The position numbers were made by a program, and so were the translations under genes. Shown one piece after another: positions 28,401 to 36,160 of a stretch of DNA of 64,000 nt; positions within the stretch are counted from its first letter, which is position 1, and each line of letters opens with the position of its first letter. The stretch is from contig JAFAWR010000300.1 of the NCBI GenBank assembly GCA_019241635.1, forward strand, positions 363 through 64,362, written 5' to 3'. Below the pieces are notes generated by a model that saw nothing but the letters and a program-made list of their open reading frames with translations, did no database searches and was not told the DNA's origin. The DNA comes from Solirubrobacterales bacterium (GTDB lineage: Bacteria; Actinomycetota; Thermoleophilia; Solirubrobacterales; Solirubrobacteraceae).

Positions 28401-28585
28401 GGTCCGATGCACGAATCAGCCGCGGCGAGCGTGTAGCTCCCGGCGATCGACGGCTGCGCCTTCTCGTTGCCGCCCTTGTCGACAACGAAGATCACGACCG
28501 CGACCCCAATCACGGCGATGATCGCGTAGAAGGTGATCAGACGCGTGGCCAGCTTGCCACGCGGCATTTCCTTCTGTCCCGGCAT
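25409..28585 (-). CDS. CPA2-type cation/H+ antiporter with duplicated extracytoplasmic N-terminal domain and USP-like C-terminus
   Basis: GQPRVMGEVIAG..LGPS, MFLVGLE, SITAFPVLARIL, AAVDDV, GK, LMNTRGLTELIVL motifs; C-term ILVPFGG.EHD. Confidence 0.9.
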   Translation of the reverse strand: MPGQKEMPRGKLATRLITFYAIIAVIGVAVVIFVVDKGGNEKAQPSIAGSYTLAAADSCIGPVPKPAGGVPLPSTAPTQVAAAGPSFNLLQSGQFVNFTNNQNTLGGQLRLSGTALAGNSHRLTGTVNCVAGGSQKLDAIATPGAKAAIKGTLGGAPFSASFSAAPPAPGAAAPRTPPNIQGTYALSPASTCFGSSFSIHGTGSSAQLYSSSSALLGSVAYSSKTSGVFGDVKCIKGGTARLTASANDLQLQKVTVIPLQVAAPVPSTASQAKPALTTPSGLSPAGEKFTATKQRADANKLIAAIFLAIAIVLIVARVFGVIAVKVGQPRVMGEVIAGLCLGPSLLGAFSANLQATFFPSDTLSALGVVANLGLIFYMFLVGLEVDRGSLKGKVAQATAISNTSVAVPMLLGIAVALPLYKLVGPDKKFVAFALFMGVAMSITAFPVLARILAERRMIKRPLGSLAIACAAVDDVTAWFLIALAVTIASSGTFGDVAKTIGEATAYTLVMVLIVRRVVARMATAFDEVGRMPGAWFAAIVIGVLLSAYVTEEINIAFIFGGFVFGMIMPRHARLNEEITRRIDDFVVTLLLPVFFVYTGLRTNVGLLDRPELWLLTLLLIAVAILGKLAGAAIAARVTGYSWKESSVIGTLMNTRGLTELIVLNLALDVGAISNTLFAMLVIMAVVTTLMAGPLLKLLDPRNEYGRGIEDEFADAALAAVQAHPELPVPERSILVAPQTDGAIGQLVALAEPLARSEPARELIIARLVQPPRGAGAGVRGGLQSENLALERASRAINDLRERLALEGVVARGVALTSSSPGSDLAHIVDHEPVDLVLTDGRRRLVGEGVPLGEVGELMEHAVSDVAVLVAKEGDPIELGPDKPILVPFGGAEHDWAALELGSWLASNTGAPLRLLGAAGQSDEGKSVTRLLADAGLLVQQATGIATEPLVVAGGREGIVAAAEQAGLLVLGLSERWRKEGLGPTRSAIAKAAPAPVLFVRRGSRSGLFAPKENVTQFKWSMAGGPGMLGLSPRSVSGAPAPAAPGGGPSSDEPPISVS

Positions 28586-28812
28586 CTAAGCCCCCTTTAG
28601 GCTCGGCGTATGTGATGTCCCCCCGGCCGGCGCAAACCCCCGCCTCGGCCTGGTCGCGCGGAAAAGTAGCCCATTGCGGGCAACTCCGCATCCGGCACGT
28701 GCCATCGAACTGCATCCGTAAAGGACCGCAATTTTGTTCCGGAGGGCGCCGCGATCCGAGTTCGGCCGTCTCCGTGGGAGTTCGCGCTGTACCACGAGGC
28801 CTAGGTTGGTTT

Positions 28813-28916
28813 ACGCGGGGTCGTCGTCCCCTTCGCCCGTCCCTGCGTCGCCTCTCCGATCGTGGCGTCGCCGCGGGTTCCGCGAGGACGGGGCGAAGCG
28901 GATCGACGACCCGCGT
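28813..28916. repeat. Long imperfect inverted repeat
   Basis: ACGCGGGGTCGTCG..CTTCGCCCGTCC pairs with GGACGGGGCGAAG..CGACGACCCGCGT. Confidence 0.7.
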
Positions 28917-29010
28917 TGTTTGCACGTGTCGTGGTGCGCGGCTCCCACGGGGCGGATGCACGGCGCCGCGGCTTGGGAAAAGCCGGCGAGGGTCGCGAGG
29001 GTGCGGAAGT

Positions 29011-29106
29011 CGCCAAACCTCGTCCTCCGCCCGCCGTCCATGCCACATAAGCGTCTTGGAGGCGCTTATGTGGCCGAGGTTCCGGCGGGCGCGGGAGCTT
29101 TGGCGC
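29011..29106. repeat. Long imperfect inverted repeat with 15-bp core stem
   Basis: GCCACATAAGCGTCT-TGG-AGGCGCTTATGTGGC (29042-29074), extended by CGCCCGCCG/CGGCGGGCG and CGCCAAA/TTTGGCG. Confidence 0.7.
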
Positions 29107-29207
29107 GTTAGGCACCCCGCTCACTTTGCCCCGTGCGCTGACGCGCGCGGCCGGGACGGCAGACGCTCGGCGGCAGGAGATCGCTCGTGTCGCCTGTCGC
29201 CTGAGGT

Positions 29208-30365
29208 CTACAGCCCGAGCATTGAGGCGATGCGTACGCGCTGCGTCTCGTTGGTGCCCGAGTAGATCGGGGCACCGATCGCGTCGCGCAGGCCCTTCTC
29301 GAGCCCGTACTCGCGCGTGTAGCCGCGCGCGCCGAAGATCTGGATCGCCGACAGCGCCGAGGCGACGTTGGCCTCGCTGGTGATCAGCTTGGCCATCGAG
29401 ATCTCGGTGGTCACGCTGCGTCCCCGATTGAACCGCCGGGCGGTGTCGTAGAGGTGCTTGCGCGAGTTCTCCAGGCCGATCTTCATGTCGACGATCTTGC
29501 CGGCCACGTACTGGTTGGAGCCGATCGAGGCGCCGAAGGCCTGCCGGGTCTTGGCCCACTTGATGCAGCGCTCCATGCGCTCCTCCATCTCCCCGACCAT
29601 CATCATGAAGATGCACAGGATCTCGTAATTCATGACGTGCTCGAGGATGAAGAAGCCGGCCCCGGGCTTGCCGAGCATGTTCTCCTTGGGCACGCGACAG
29701 TCGCGGAACTCGAGCTCGCAGAACGGGCAGGTGTTCAGCCCGAGCTTCTCGATCGGCTCGCCCACGTGGAACCCGGACGTGTCGGTTGGGACCAGGAACG
29801 CGGTGATGCCGGCGGCCCCGCCCGCGGTGCCGGTCTTGGCGTACACGGTGATGATGTCGGCCAGCGGGCCGCTGGTGATCCAGATCTTCTTGCCGTCAAG
29901 GATGTACTCGTCGCCGTCCTCGGTGGCGGTGGTGATCATCGCCGTCGCGTCCGAGCCGGCGTTCGGCTCGGAGATCGCATGGGCACTGATGATCTCGCCG
30001 TCGATGAGCCGCGACAGATAGCGGTCCTTGAGATCGTCGGATCCGAACTTCTGGAGCGGGATCGCGGCGCTCACGACCTGCGTGGCCAGCGCGAACAGAA
30101 GCCCGGTGTCGCGGCATCCGTAGCCGAGGTTCTCGAGTACGTAGACCAGCGTGAGCACGTCGTGGCCCAGACCGCCCCATTGCTCGGCGAACGGGATCCG
30201 GATCACCCCGCTGTCACGGATCAGCTGCCACTTGTCGCGGTTGAAGCGGTTTGCCGCGTCATCCTCGAGATGACCGGCGTTGAGCGCCTCGAAGTGCTGA
30301 CTCAGTGACTTACGAAGCGATTTCTGCTCGTCGGTCCATTCGCCGGTTGGGGCGGTCAGTGCCAT
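29208..30365 (-). CDS. Carrier-protein-dependent acyl-CoA dehydrogenase-like enzyme (PltE/RedW prolyl-PCP dehydrogenase type)
   Basis: AHAISEPNAGSDA, GKKIWITSGP, IFGARGY, IYSGT (not IYEGT); operonic with A-domain and carrier protein. Confidence 0.85.
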   Translation of the reverse strand: MALTAPTGEWTDEQKSLRKSLSQHFEALNAGHLEDDAANRFNRDKWQLIRDSGVIRIPFAEQWGGLGHDVLTLVYVLENLGYGCRDTGLLFALATQVVSAAIPLQKFGSDDLKDRYLSRLIDGEIISAHAISEPNAGSDATAMITTATEDGDEYILDGKKIWITSGPLADIITVYAKTGTAGGAAGITAFLVPTDTSGFHVGEPIEKLGLNTCPFCELEFRDCRVPKENMLGKPGAGFFILEHVMNYEILCIFMMMVGEMEERMERCIKWAKTRQAFGASIGSNQYVAGKIVDMKIGLENSRKHLYDTARRFNRGRSVTTEISMAKLITSEANVASALSAIQIFGARGYTREYGLEKGLRDAIGAPIYSGTNETQRVRIASMLGL

Positions 30366-30382
30366 CGCGAGTGACTCTCCTC

Positions 30383-30781
30383 TCAGGTCCCTACGACTTC
30401 CCCGTACACGGACGGGTGGACGCCGGACTCGCTGATGCGGTGCGCTTCGTCGCCGGTCAGCGCCGGCGTGAACATGCAGACCAGGCGGAGGTCCTCGTCC
30501 TCACCTCCGAGCAGCCAGTGGGTGTCGTGCTCATCGAGCGCGTACATCCGGCCGGGGAAGATCTCGTGCTCGGTGCCGTCCATCGCGATGACCTTGCCGC
30601 GGCCCTCGATGCAGTAGCACGCCTCGAGATGGTTGGAGTACTCGATCAGCGTCTTGGTGCCCTTGCGCACGGTCGTGTCGGTGAGCGTGTAGCCCATGCC
30701 GTCGGCCTCGAGCAGGAAGCGCCGGCTCAGACCATTGCCCCATTCGACCGTCTTCACGTCCTCCAGGTCCCGAATGATCAT
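30383..30781 (-). CDS. ectC: Solitary ectoine synthase-like cupin
   Basis: MIIR, SRR.LL..DGMG, Y.NHLEACYCI.G, YALD.HD.H, C.F.P.LTG.E.H; no ectA/ectB in the window. Confidence 0.88.
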   Translation of the reverse strand: MIIRDLEDVKTVEWGNGLSRRFLLEADGMGYTLTDTTVRKGTKTLIEYSNHLEACYCIEGRGKVIAMDGTEHEIFPGRMYALDEHDTHWLLGGEDEDLRLVCMFTPALTGDEAHRISESGVHPSVYGEVVGT

Positions 30782-30802
30782 TTATGCCCCTTCGTTGGTT
30801 GT

Positions 30803-31615
30803 CTAAATGGCTGGGATCTGTCCCAGCTCTCCGAGTAGCCCCCGGAAGTCTTCGACCACGTCGCGCCCGGCCTCGCGCGCGGCGGTGACCCGCGCCACGC
30901 AGGTCGAGCCGACGATCGCGGCGTCGGCCCCCACCGCGCCCAGACCGTCGATGTGGCTCTTGTTCTTGACGCCGAAGCCGACCGCGATCGGCACTTCGGT
31001 GCGCGCCCGCAGCGTCTCCATCACCGGGACGAGCGCGCTGTGGTCCGGCGGACCCACGGTGCCGCTTCGGCCGTACGCGGCGACCAGGTAGATGTAGGCC
31101 GAGCCGTGGTCGGCCGCCTCGTGGAGCACCGGCTCCTCCGAGGTGGCGTAGCAGGTGGTGACGATCGGGAGATCGACGGTGCCCGCCGCCTCGTAGTACT
31201 CGGGCTTGAGCCGAGGTGGGAGCCCGTGCACGAGCAGCCCGTCGGCGCCCGACGCCTGTACGCGCTCAAGGAACTCCTTCATCGGCGTGCCCTTGATCGA
31301 GTAGCTCCAGTCGGCGAGCAGCGCGATCTTCAGATGGCTCAGCTCGGGGCGGACGCGACCGATGAAGGCGAGAACCGCCTCGCGATCGATGCCGTCCTGA
31401 AGTGCGCGGCTGGCCGAGGCGCGGATGACCGGCCCGTCGCTGGCCGAGTTCGGGAACGGGATGGCCAGCTCCAGGCAGTCCACGCGAGCCTCGTCAAGCA
31501 TGTGTACGAGCGAGCGGAACGTGTCCAGCGGCGGGTCGCCAGCGTTCAGGAACAGCGCCAAGCCGGGCCGCCCCGGGCGGGCGTCGGCGAAAAAGCGCGT
31601 CGCCGAGGCGGTCAT
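30803..31615 (-). CDS. trpA: Divergent tryptophan synthase alpha-like (indole-glycerol-phosphate lyase-like) protein
   Basis: AGDP, LELAIPF....SDGPVI (catalytic Glu and Asp kept), GADGLLV, VGFGV, AIVGS; no trpB. Confidence 0.88.
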   Translation of the reverse strand: MTASATRFFADARPGRPGLALFLNAGDPPLDTFRSLVHMLDEARVDCLELAIPFPNSASDGPVIRASASRALQDGIDREAVLAFIGRVRPELSHLKIALLADWSYSIKGTPMKEFLERVQASGADGLLVHGLPPRLKPEYYEAAGTVDLPIVTTCYATSEEPVLHEAADHGSAYIYLVAAYGRSGTVGPPDHSALVPVMETLRARTEVPIAVGFGVKNKSHIDGLGAVGADAAIVGSTCVARVTAAREAGRDVVEDFRGLLGELGQIPAI

Positions 31616-32661
31616 GCCACCACGGCCGCCTGCTTGCCGTGCGCCCGCATGCGGTCGATCAGCCGCGCAGGCTCGCGGGCGCTCATCGCATCGGCGGCCA
31701 TCCGGAGTCCCTCGCTCCAGTCGGAGGCGACTTCGCAGTTGATGGCCAGCGCGGCCGCGTTCAGCCTGATGCTCTCGATCGCGCCGATCGGGCCGTCCCC
31801 GCCGAGCAGGGCGAGGAAGTGATCGACGGTCTGATCGAGCTCGGGGACCGGAAGCAGGTCGTCGAACGGGCGCTCGCTCAGACCGAGCTCGCTCGGGCGT
31901 ACGAGGGACTCTTCGCCCCGGACGCTGTCGTACACGTGGCAGTCGACGACGCTCATCAGCTCATCGACCCCGACGTCGTTCCACACCACCCAGTAGTCCT
32001 TGCTCGAATCCTCGGAGACCAGCGACCTGAAGGTCGGCAACACGCTGTGATCCGACACCCCGGTGATCTGGAGTGACACCGGCACGGCGGCCAGGAACGG
32101 GCCGATCAGGTTGAAGAAGCGACCCACGGTCTTCATGTCGAAGGGCAGGATCTGCCGCGCCAGCATGCGCAGCTCCTTGGGGTAGACGAACGGGCCGGCG
32201 CAGGCCATCCCGAACGTGTCGAGCATCTCCTCGGTCTGCTCGTAGGAGCTGGTCTGCCGGATGCCGAGACGATCGAGCAGGTCGACCGAGCCGGTCCGGC
32301 TGGCGTACGCGCGCGAGCCGGTCTTGATCACGCGGGCCCCCATCGCCGCGGCCACGAACGCGGACGCGGTCGAGAGGTTGAACGTGCTCGGGCCGCCGCC
32401 GGTTCCCACGATGTTCACCGTGGTGCGGGTCGGCGGCCCGGGCTGGGGATTGCGGTCCCTTAGCGACTGCAGGAGCGTGCTGACCGAGGTGCCGTCAGGC
32501 ATGCGTGTCGTGAGCGACGACAGCACGGCCAGCGCTTCGCCCGGATGCAGGCTCTTGTCGCCCAGTCGGTCCCAGAAGTCACCCCATACCGCTTCGGAGA
32601 TCGGGTAGCGCTGAGTTACCAGCGCAGCCAGGGCTTCCGATGGCGGAGGCTTAGAGGTCAT
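31612..32661 (-). CDS. trpD: Divergent anthranilate phosphoribosyltransferase-like protein
   Basis: GTGGG..TFNLSTA.AFVAAA.G, GS.D.L..LG, FNLIGP, GVDE, NAAA; KHGN replaced by KTGS. Confidence 0.88.
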   Translation of the reverse strand: MTSKPPPSEALAALVTQRYPISEAVWGDFWDRLGDKSLHPGEALAVLSSLTTRMPDGTSVSTLLQSLRDRNPQPGPPTRTTVNIVGTGGGPSTFNLSTASAFVAAAMGARVIKTGSRAYASRTGSVDLLDRLGIRQTSSYEQTEEMLDTFGMACAGPFVYPKELRMLARQILPFDMKTVGRFFNLIGPFLAAVPVSLQITGVSDHSVLPTFRSLVSEDSSKDYWVVWNDVGVDELMSVVDCHVYDSVRGEESLVRPSELGLSERPFDDLLPVPELDQTVDHFLALLGGDGPIGAIESIRLNAAALAINCEVASDWSEGLRMAADAMSAREPARLIDRMRAHGKQAAVVA

Positions 32662-32712
32662 CTCGAAACGGGATACGTCGCCAGACGCGTGTCAGCGTTT
32701 TGAGATGCCCTC

Positions 32713-32976
32713 TCACTCGGCATGCGCGGTCTCCCGCGCCTGGTCGACGTAGGCCTTGATCGCCGCGACGGTCCGGAAGCTGTCGGGCCCGAGCTCGGAG
32801 TCGTCGACGCCGATGTCGAACTCGTCTTCCAGCCAGGCCACGACCTTGAGCAGCCCGAGGCTGTCCACGACGCCGCCGGTCAGCAGATCGAAGTCGTCAT
32901 CGAGATCCTCGACCGGGACGTCCGGCATGAACTCCTCGACGATGAACGCCTTGATCTTCTGAGTGGTCTCATCCAT
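32713..32976 (-). CDS. Stand-alone peptidyl/acyl carrier protein (PltL/RedO-like)
   Basis: Acidic, 87 aa, LL.GGVVDSLGLL phosphopantetheine Ser motif; GGAG RBS. Confidence 0.92.
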   Translation of the reverse strand: MDETTQKIKAFIVEEFMPDVPVEDLDDDFDLLTGGVVDSLGLLKVVAWLEDEFDIGVDDSELGPDSFRTVAAIKAYVDQARETAHAE

Positions 32977-34513
32977 TGGCACGACTCCTCTCTAGTGCGG
33001 CCGCGACTGCCTTGCGGTCGACCTTTCCGGTTGATGTTTTAGGTAGGGGCTCGGTGACGATCTCGATCATCGAAGGCATCTCGGTGCGCGCGAGACGTGT
33101 GGCGCAGTGCTGGCGCAGGATCAGGCTGTTGAGCTTGGCGTCGACCTCGCGCCGTACGTGCGCATGCAGGCGGGCGCCGGCCAGCTCGTCGGGCACTGCG
33201 ATGACCGCGACCTCGACCACCGCCGGATGCTCCTGGATGGCCTGCTCGACCACCTGGGTCGAAACCCGCACGCCCCGCACCTTGACGTAGAAGTCCGAGC
33301 GGCCCTCGAGCGTGAGCGTCCCGTCCTCGTGGCGGCGCACGATGTCGCCCGACTTGTAGTAGATGCGTCCGTCGCCGCCGTTCTCGGAGAGCGTGACGAA
33401 CTTCTCGTCGTTGAGCGACGCCTTGAGGTAGCCCCGGGTCTGGAACGGCGTCCAGACCACGAACTCGCCGGTGCCGGCGCCCTCGAGCGCGGTGCCGTCC
33501 TCCTGTTGGAGGCGGGCGATCACGCCGGGGATCGGCTGGCCGACCGGGACGTGGCTCGGCACGTTGCCATCGGCCAGTCCGACGAACTCGTGAATCAGGC
33601 TGTCGTTCGTCTCGGTGCAGCCGTAGAGGTTGTAGAAGCGGGCGTTCGGGAACAGCGTCGGGAGCTCGGCCAGCGAGCTGGCCGGGATCTTGTCCCCGGT
33701 GCTGATCACGTGCCTGACGCTCGGGAACGTTCGCCAATCCTCCCGGTGGACGTCGATCAGCAGGCGGTAGAGCATCGGCACGGCCTGGAGCACGTTGACC
33801 CGGTTGTCGTTGACGAGCTCGGCCAGGTACGCCCCCTGGGTCGCGCGGTCCTGGTCGACCATGGCGACGGTGCCGCCGTGCTTGAGCGTGGTCCAGATGT
33901 CGAGCAGGCACAGGTCGAAGTTGAGCGGCGCGTAGTTCGCCACCACGGTGCCCGCTTCGATCTCGAACTGCTCGGCCGCCCAGTCGGTGAACGCGTCGAC
34001 GCCGCTCGCGGTCAGCGGGACGATCTTGGGCAGCCCGGTGGAGCCCGACGTCGTGAGCATGAATGTCACGTCCTCGCCGCCGCCGACCGGCGGCCACTCG
34101 ATCCCTGCAGCATCGGGTGCGGCGCGCGCGTCATCGACCAGCGCGCGCAGGCTGGCCGCGCTCTCGCTGCGCGGTCCATGCGGGGAGAGAACCTGGCTGG
34201 TGCCAGCCTGAGCAAACAGCTGCGCCAACGTCTCGGGCGCGAGCTCGACCGACGGCAGCAGGAACGACCGGCCGGCGCGGAGACAGGCCAGGATCAGCCC
34301 GATCGCCTCGGGCGACTTCTTGGCCCGGATGCCGACCGGCCGGTCTTCGCGGAGCCTGGCGTCCTGTAGCTCGGCGAAGGACGAACCAGCCAGCTGCTGC
34401 AGCTCGCGATAAGAGACGGGGGCGCCGTCCCAGATGAGCGCGGGTGCGTCCGGCTGGCGCCGGACCTGCTCGGCGAAGTGGTCGGCCAGCGACCGGATCG
34501 CGGTCTGGCTCAT
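32969..34513 (-). CDS. Stand-alone amino-acid adenylation enzyme (PltF/RedM-like, altered pocket)
   Basis: TSGSTGLPK, APLNFDL, NLYGCTETN, YKSGD, GR.D..VKVRG.R, LPKTSTGKVDR; ATGA overlap with the trpC-like gene. Confidence 0.92.
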   Translation of the reverse strand: MSQTAIRSLADHFAEQVRRQPDAPALIWDGAPVSYRELQQLAGSSFAELQDARLREDRPVGIRAKKSPEAIGLILACLRAGRSFLLPSVELAPETLAQLFAQAGTSQVLSPHGPRSESAASLRALVDDARAAPDAAGIEWPPVGGGEDVTFMLTTSGSTGLPKIVPLTASGVDAFTDWAAEQFEIEAGTVVANYAPLNFDLCLLDIWTTLKHGGTVAMVDQDRATQGAYLAELVNDNRVNVLQAVPMLYRLLIDVHREDWRTFPSVRHVISTGDKIPASSLAELPTLFPNARFYNLYGCTETNDSLIHEFVGLADGNVPSHVPVGQPIPGVIARLQQEDGTALEGAGTGEFVVWTPFQTRGYLKASLNDEKFVTLSENGGDGRIYYKSGDIVRRHEDGTLTLEGRSDFYVKVRGVRVSTQVVEQAIQEHPAVVEVAVIAVPDELAGARLHAHVRREVDAKLNSLILRQHCATRLARTEMPSMIEIVTEPLPKTSTGKVDRKAVAAALERSRANG

Positions 34514-35235
34514 GACGACGCTCCCGGGGTGACCGGCGCGCGCAACTCGGCGCGGTGGCGTTCGAAGTCCTGCACCCAGCCGGCAATGCTGTTGGCCCGC
34601 AGCAGGCCGGTCCCGATCAACAGCCCCTTGAACCCGGCATCGATGAGCTCGGCGGCGATTTGCGGATCGAGGATCGCGCTGGCGCTCACCGGGCACGGGG
34701 TGCCGGCGGCGACCGTGGCCTCGAGCAGCGAGCGACTCGTGTCGATGTCGCCCGGCTCGCGCTCGCGCGTGTTGATGTCCTTGTTGTTGACCGCGATGAT
34801 GCAGTCCTCCGGGTGGATCACGGTGTCGAGCTCGGCCCGGTCCACGACCTCGACGAACGGGGTCACGCCGTGCTCGAGCGCAAGTTCGATCAGATGCTGG
34901 AAGGTCTTGGCGGGGAGGATCTTCGCGGTCAGCAGGACCGCCGACGCGCCCATCTCCCTGGCCGCCACGATCTGCTTCTCGCGCGTGATGAAGTCCTTCT
35001 TGAGCAGCGGCTTCTCGGTCAGCCCGGCCACTTCTTCGAGCATCGCGTCGCTGCCGCCGAACCATCGCCCGGTGACCACCGAGATGCAGGGCGCGCCGAC
35101 CTCCACGTACTGGCCGACGATCTCCTCGATCGTGCGCTCGCCCATCAGCTCGGCACCCTCGCCGTCGGAGCGCTTGACCTCCATGATGATCGGCAGGCGC
35201 CCGGCGAGCAGCGCGTCGATGAACGGGCTAGGCAT
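34510..35235 (-). CDS. trpC: Divergent indole-3-glycerol-phosphate synthase-like protein
   Basis: IIMEVKR, ISVVT...F.GS, LLKKDFI, GASAVLL, VEV, VNNKDI; short N-terminus; SESGI replaced by SASAI. Confidence 0.88.
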   Translation of the reverse strand: MPSPFIDALLAGRLPIIMEVKRSDGEGAELMGERTIEEIVGQYVEVGAPCISVVTGRWFGGSDAMLEEVAGLTEKPLLKKDFITREKQIVAAREMGASAVLLTAKILPAKTFQHLIELALEHGVTPFVEVVDRAELDTVIHPEDCIIAVNNKDINTREREPGDIDTSRSLLEATVAAGTPCPVSASAILDPQIAAELIDAGFKGLLIGTGLLRANSIAGWVQDFERHRAELRAPVTPGASS

Positions 35236-35965
35236 CGGGAGTGTCCCTCCAGGTGCGCGTGATCGCTCGCACCCGGTCGGGCGAGATCGCGCCGCCGCTT
35301 CCCTCGCGCGCGTTCGTGTCGACGTCGATTCCCAGGAACAGGGGGTGCGCGGCGAGCGCCGCATAGTCTGCGCGGTTGGCTTCGGAGATTCCGCCGGCGA
35401 GTAGGAACGGCCGCGACAACCGCCCGAGCAGCGGGGCCACGACGCTCGGATCGAGCGCCTGCCCGGTGCTGCCCACCCGGCCGTCCTCGGTGACCACGTC
35501 GAACAGGAAGACGTCGACGCCCGCCTTCTCATAGGAGCCGATCAGCGACGCCTCCACGCACTCCGCGCCGCGCACGTGGAGGACCTTGATCACGCGCACG
35601 TCGTCGCTAATCGCCTTGACCTTGCGAACCGTGCCGGGGGTGGGATAGCCGTGGAGCTGGATCCACTGCACGGGAGTACCGTCGAGCGTGGTTCGAAGCT
35701 CGTCCGCATCCTTGGCGAACGTCACCAGCACCGGTGTCAGCTGCCTGGCCGCGCCGTCGGCGGCAAGTGCCCGCCACCGATCGCGCTCGAGATCGTGGGG
35801 GCCGCCCGGGACACCCCACCACAGGCCCACGAAGTCGACGCGCTCGCCGGCCAGCACGCCGAGCTCGGCGGGATCGACGATCCCGCACACCTTGACGCGC
35901 GTCCCGTGGCCGGCCTCGCCCAGCTGCCGATCCTGCCCGTGGTGGCTCCCGCTTAGCAAAGCCAC
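35228..35965 (-). CDS. trpF: Divergent phosphoribosylanthranilate isomerase-like protein
   Basis: VKVCG (Cys), IQLHG, FLFD (Asp), G.TG, LAGGI..AN, GIDV; GTG start with AAGGGGG RBS. Confidence 0.85.
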   Translation of the reverse strand: MALLSGSHHGQDRQLGEAGHGTRVKVCGIVDPAELGVLAGERVDFVGLWWGVPGGPHDLERDRWRALAADGAARQLTPVLVTFAKDADELRTTLDGTPVQWIQLHGYPTPGTVRKVKAISDDVRVIKVLHVRGAECVEASLIGSYEKAGVDVFLFDVVTEDGRVGSTGQALDPSVVAPLLGRLSRPFLLAGGISEANRADYAALAAHPLFLGIDVDTNAREGSGGAISPDRVRAITRTWRDTPDA

Positions 35966-36086
35966 GTGTATGTGTCCCCCTTGATTACGGTCCGGCTTTG
36001 GCCAGCGCGAGCGCGGCCTCTGCCCCTGAAGCGCGACTTTAACGAGAACCGGTCCCCCGTGGCAACCCCTGGACCGTAAACAGGCG

Positions 36087-36135
36087 ATGAACAGCTCGGG
36101 GGCCGCGGCGTACACCGCGGCCCCCGAGAGTTCAT
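36087..36135. terminator. Strong hairpin downstream of the beta-propeller genes
   Basis: CTCGGGGGCCGCGG-CGTACA-CCGCGGCCCCCGAG perfect 14-bp stem flanked by ATGAAC/GTTCAT. Confidence 0.7.
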
Positions 36136-36160
36136 GCGTCTGCCGTTTCGGCGTGAGCGC

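Noticed and set aside
25907-28412. 784-aa and 788-aa alternative ORFs over the antiporter (and similar long ORFs elsewhere, e.g. 20899-22728, 41963-43819)
   Set aside because: Arg/Gly/Pro-rich, motif-free off-frame ORFs expected in high-GC DNA
30383-30781. Ectoine osmolyte pathway
   Set aside because: No ectA, ectB, ectD or ask in the window
30803-35965. Housekeeping tryptophan operon
   Set aside because: No trpB or trpE/G, genes interleaved with A-domain and carrier genes, and substrate motifs altered
28586-36090. Shared upstream motif (GGGGGACA..CATAC, TTTACGG) before trpF' and the antiporter, and CRP-type sites
   Set aside because: Matches are short, one overlaps an RBS, and I found no good TGTGA-N6-TCACA
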